This document shows, one piece after another, positions 63,799-64,000 of a DNA stretch of 64,000 nucleotides; position 1 is the stretch's first letter, and the number at the start of each line of letters is the position of its first letter. The position numbers and the translations under genes are program-made. Below the pieces are notes generated by a model. That model did no database searches and was not told the DNA's origin. It saw only the letters and a list, made by a program, of their open reading frames with translations. Source of the stretch: the human T2T-CHM13v2.0 reference genome, Homo sapiens; assembly GCF_009914755.1 (NCBI RefSeq), contig NC_060925.1, one strand, 5' to 3'.

Positions 63799-64000
63799 CT
63801 ACTAAAAATACAAAAATTAGCCGGGCATGGTGGCATGCACCTGTAATCCCAGCTACTTGGGAGGCTGAGACAGGGAGAATCACTTGAACCTGGGAGGCGG
63901 AGGTTGCAGTGAGCCAGATCGCGCCATTGCACTCCAGCCTGGGCAACAAGAGTAAAACTCCATCTCAAATAAATAGACAAACAAATAGTGGCTCACTGCA

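Overview
Human/great-ape genomic DNA (a hominid-specific SVA is present), very Alu-rich. It contains all 15 coding exons of WDTC1 (Adipose/DCAF9, a WD40+TPR substrate receptor of CUL4-DDB1) on the + strand. ATG is at 8278 and TAG ends at 53617. The exons sum to 2034 nt (677 aa plus stop), all introns are GT-AG, and the 3' UTR ends near ATTAAA at 55457. The promoter and first non-coding exon lie upstream of the window. The ORF track misses several retroposed items: a Y1 RNA pseudogene (2675-2787, -), an antisense SVA (35564-37292), a SUMO2 processed pseudogene (58360-59671), a truncated 7SL copy (61975-62104, -), and an ancient L1MC insertion with twin-priming inversion geometry and preserved TSDs (57757-61613) that hosts the SUMO2 copy. 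I found no evidence for a wholly new biological system. The best leads are regulatory or protein-level features of WDTC1 (recursive-splice-like AG|GTAATT plus two uORFs in the start exon, a C-terminal CaaX-like CRPS, a coding G8, a NAGNAG acceptor, a hexamer array beside a CTCF motif) and the nested retrotransposition fossils. Repeat subfamily names come from recalled consensus similarity, not from a search.
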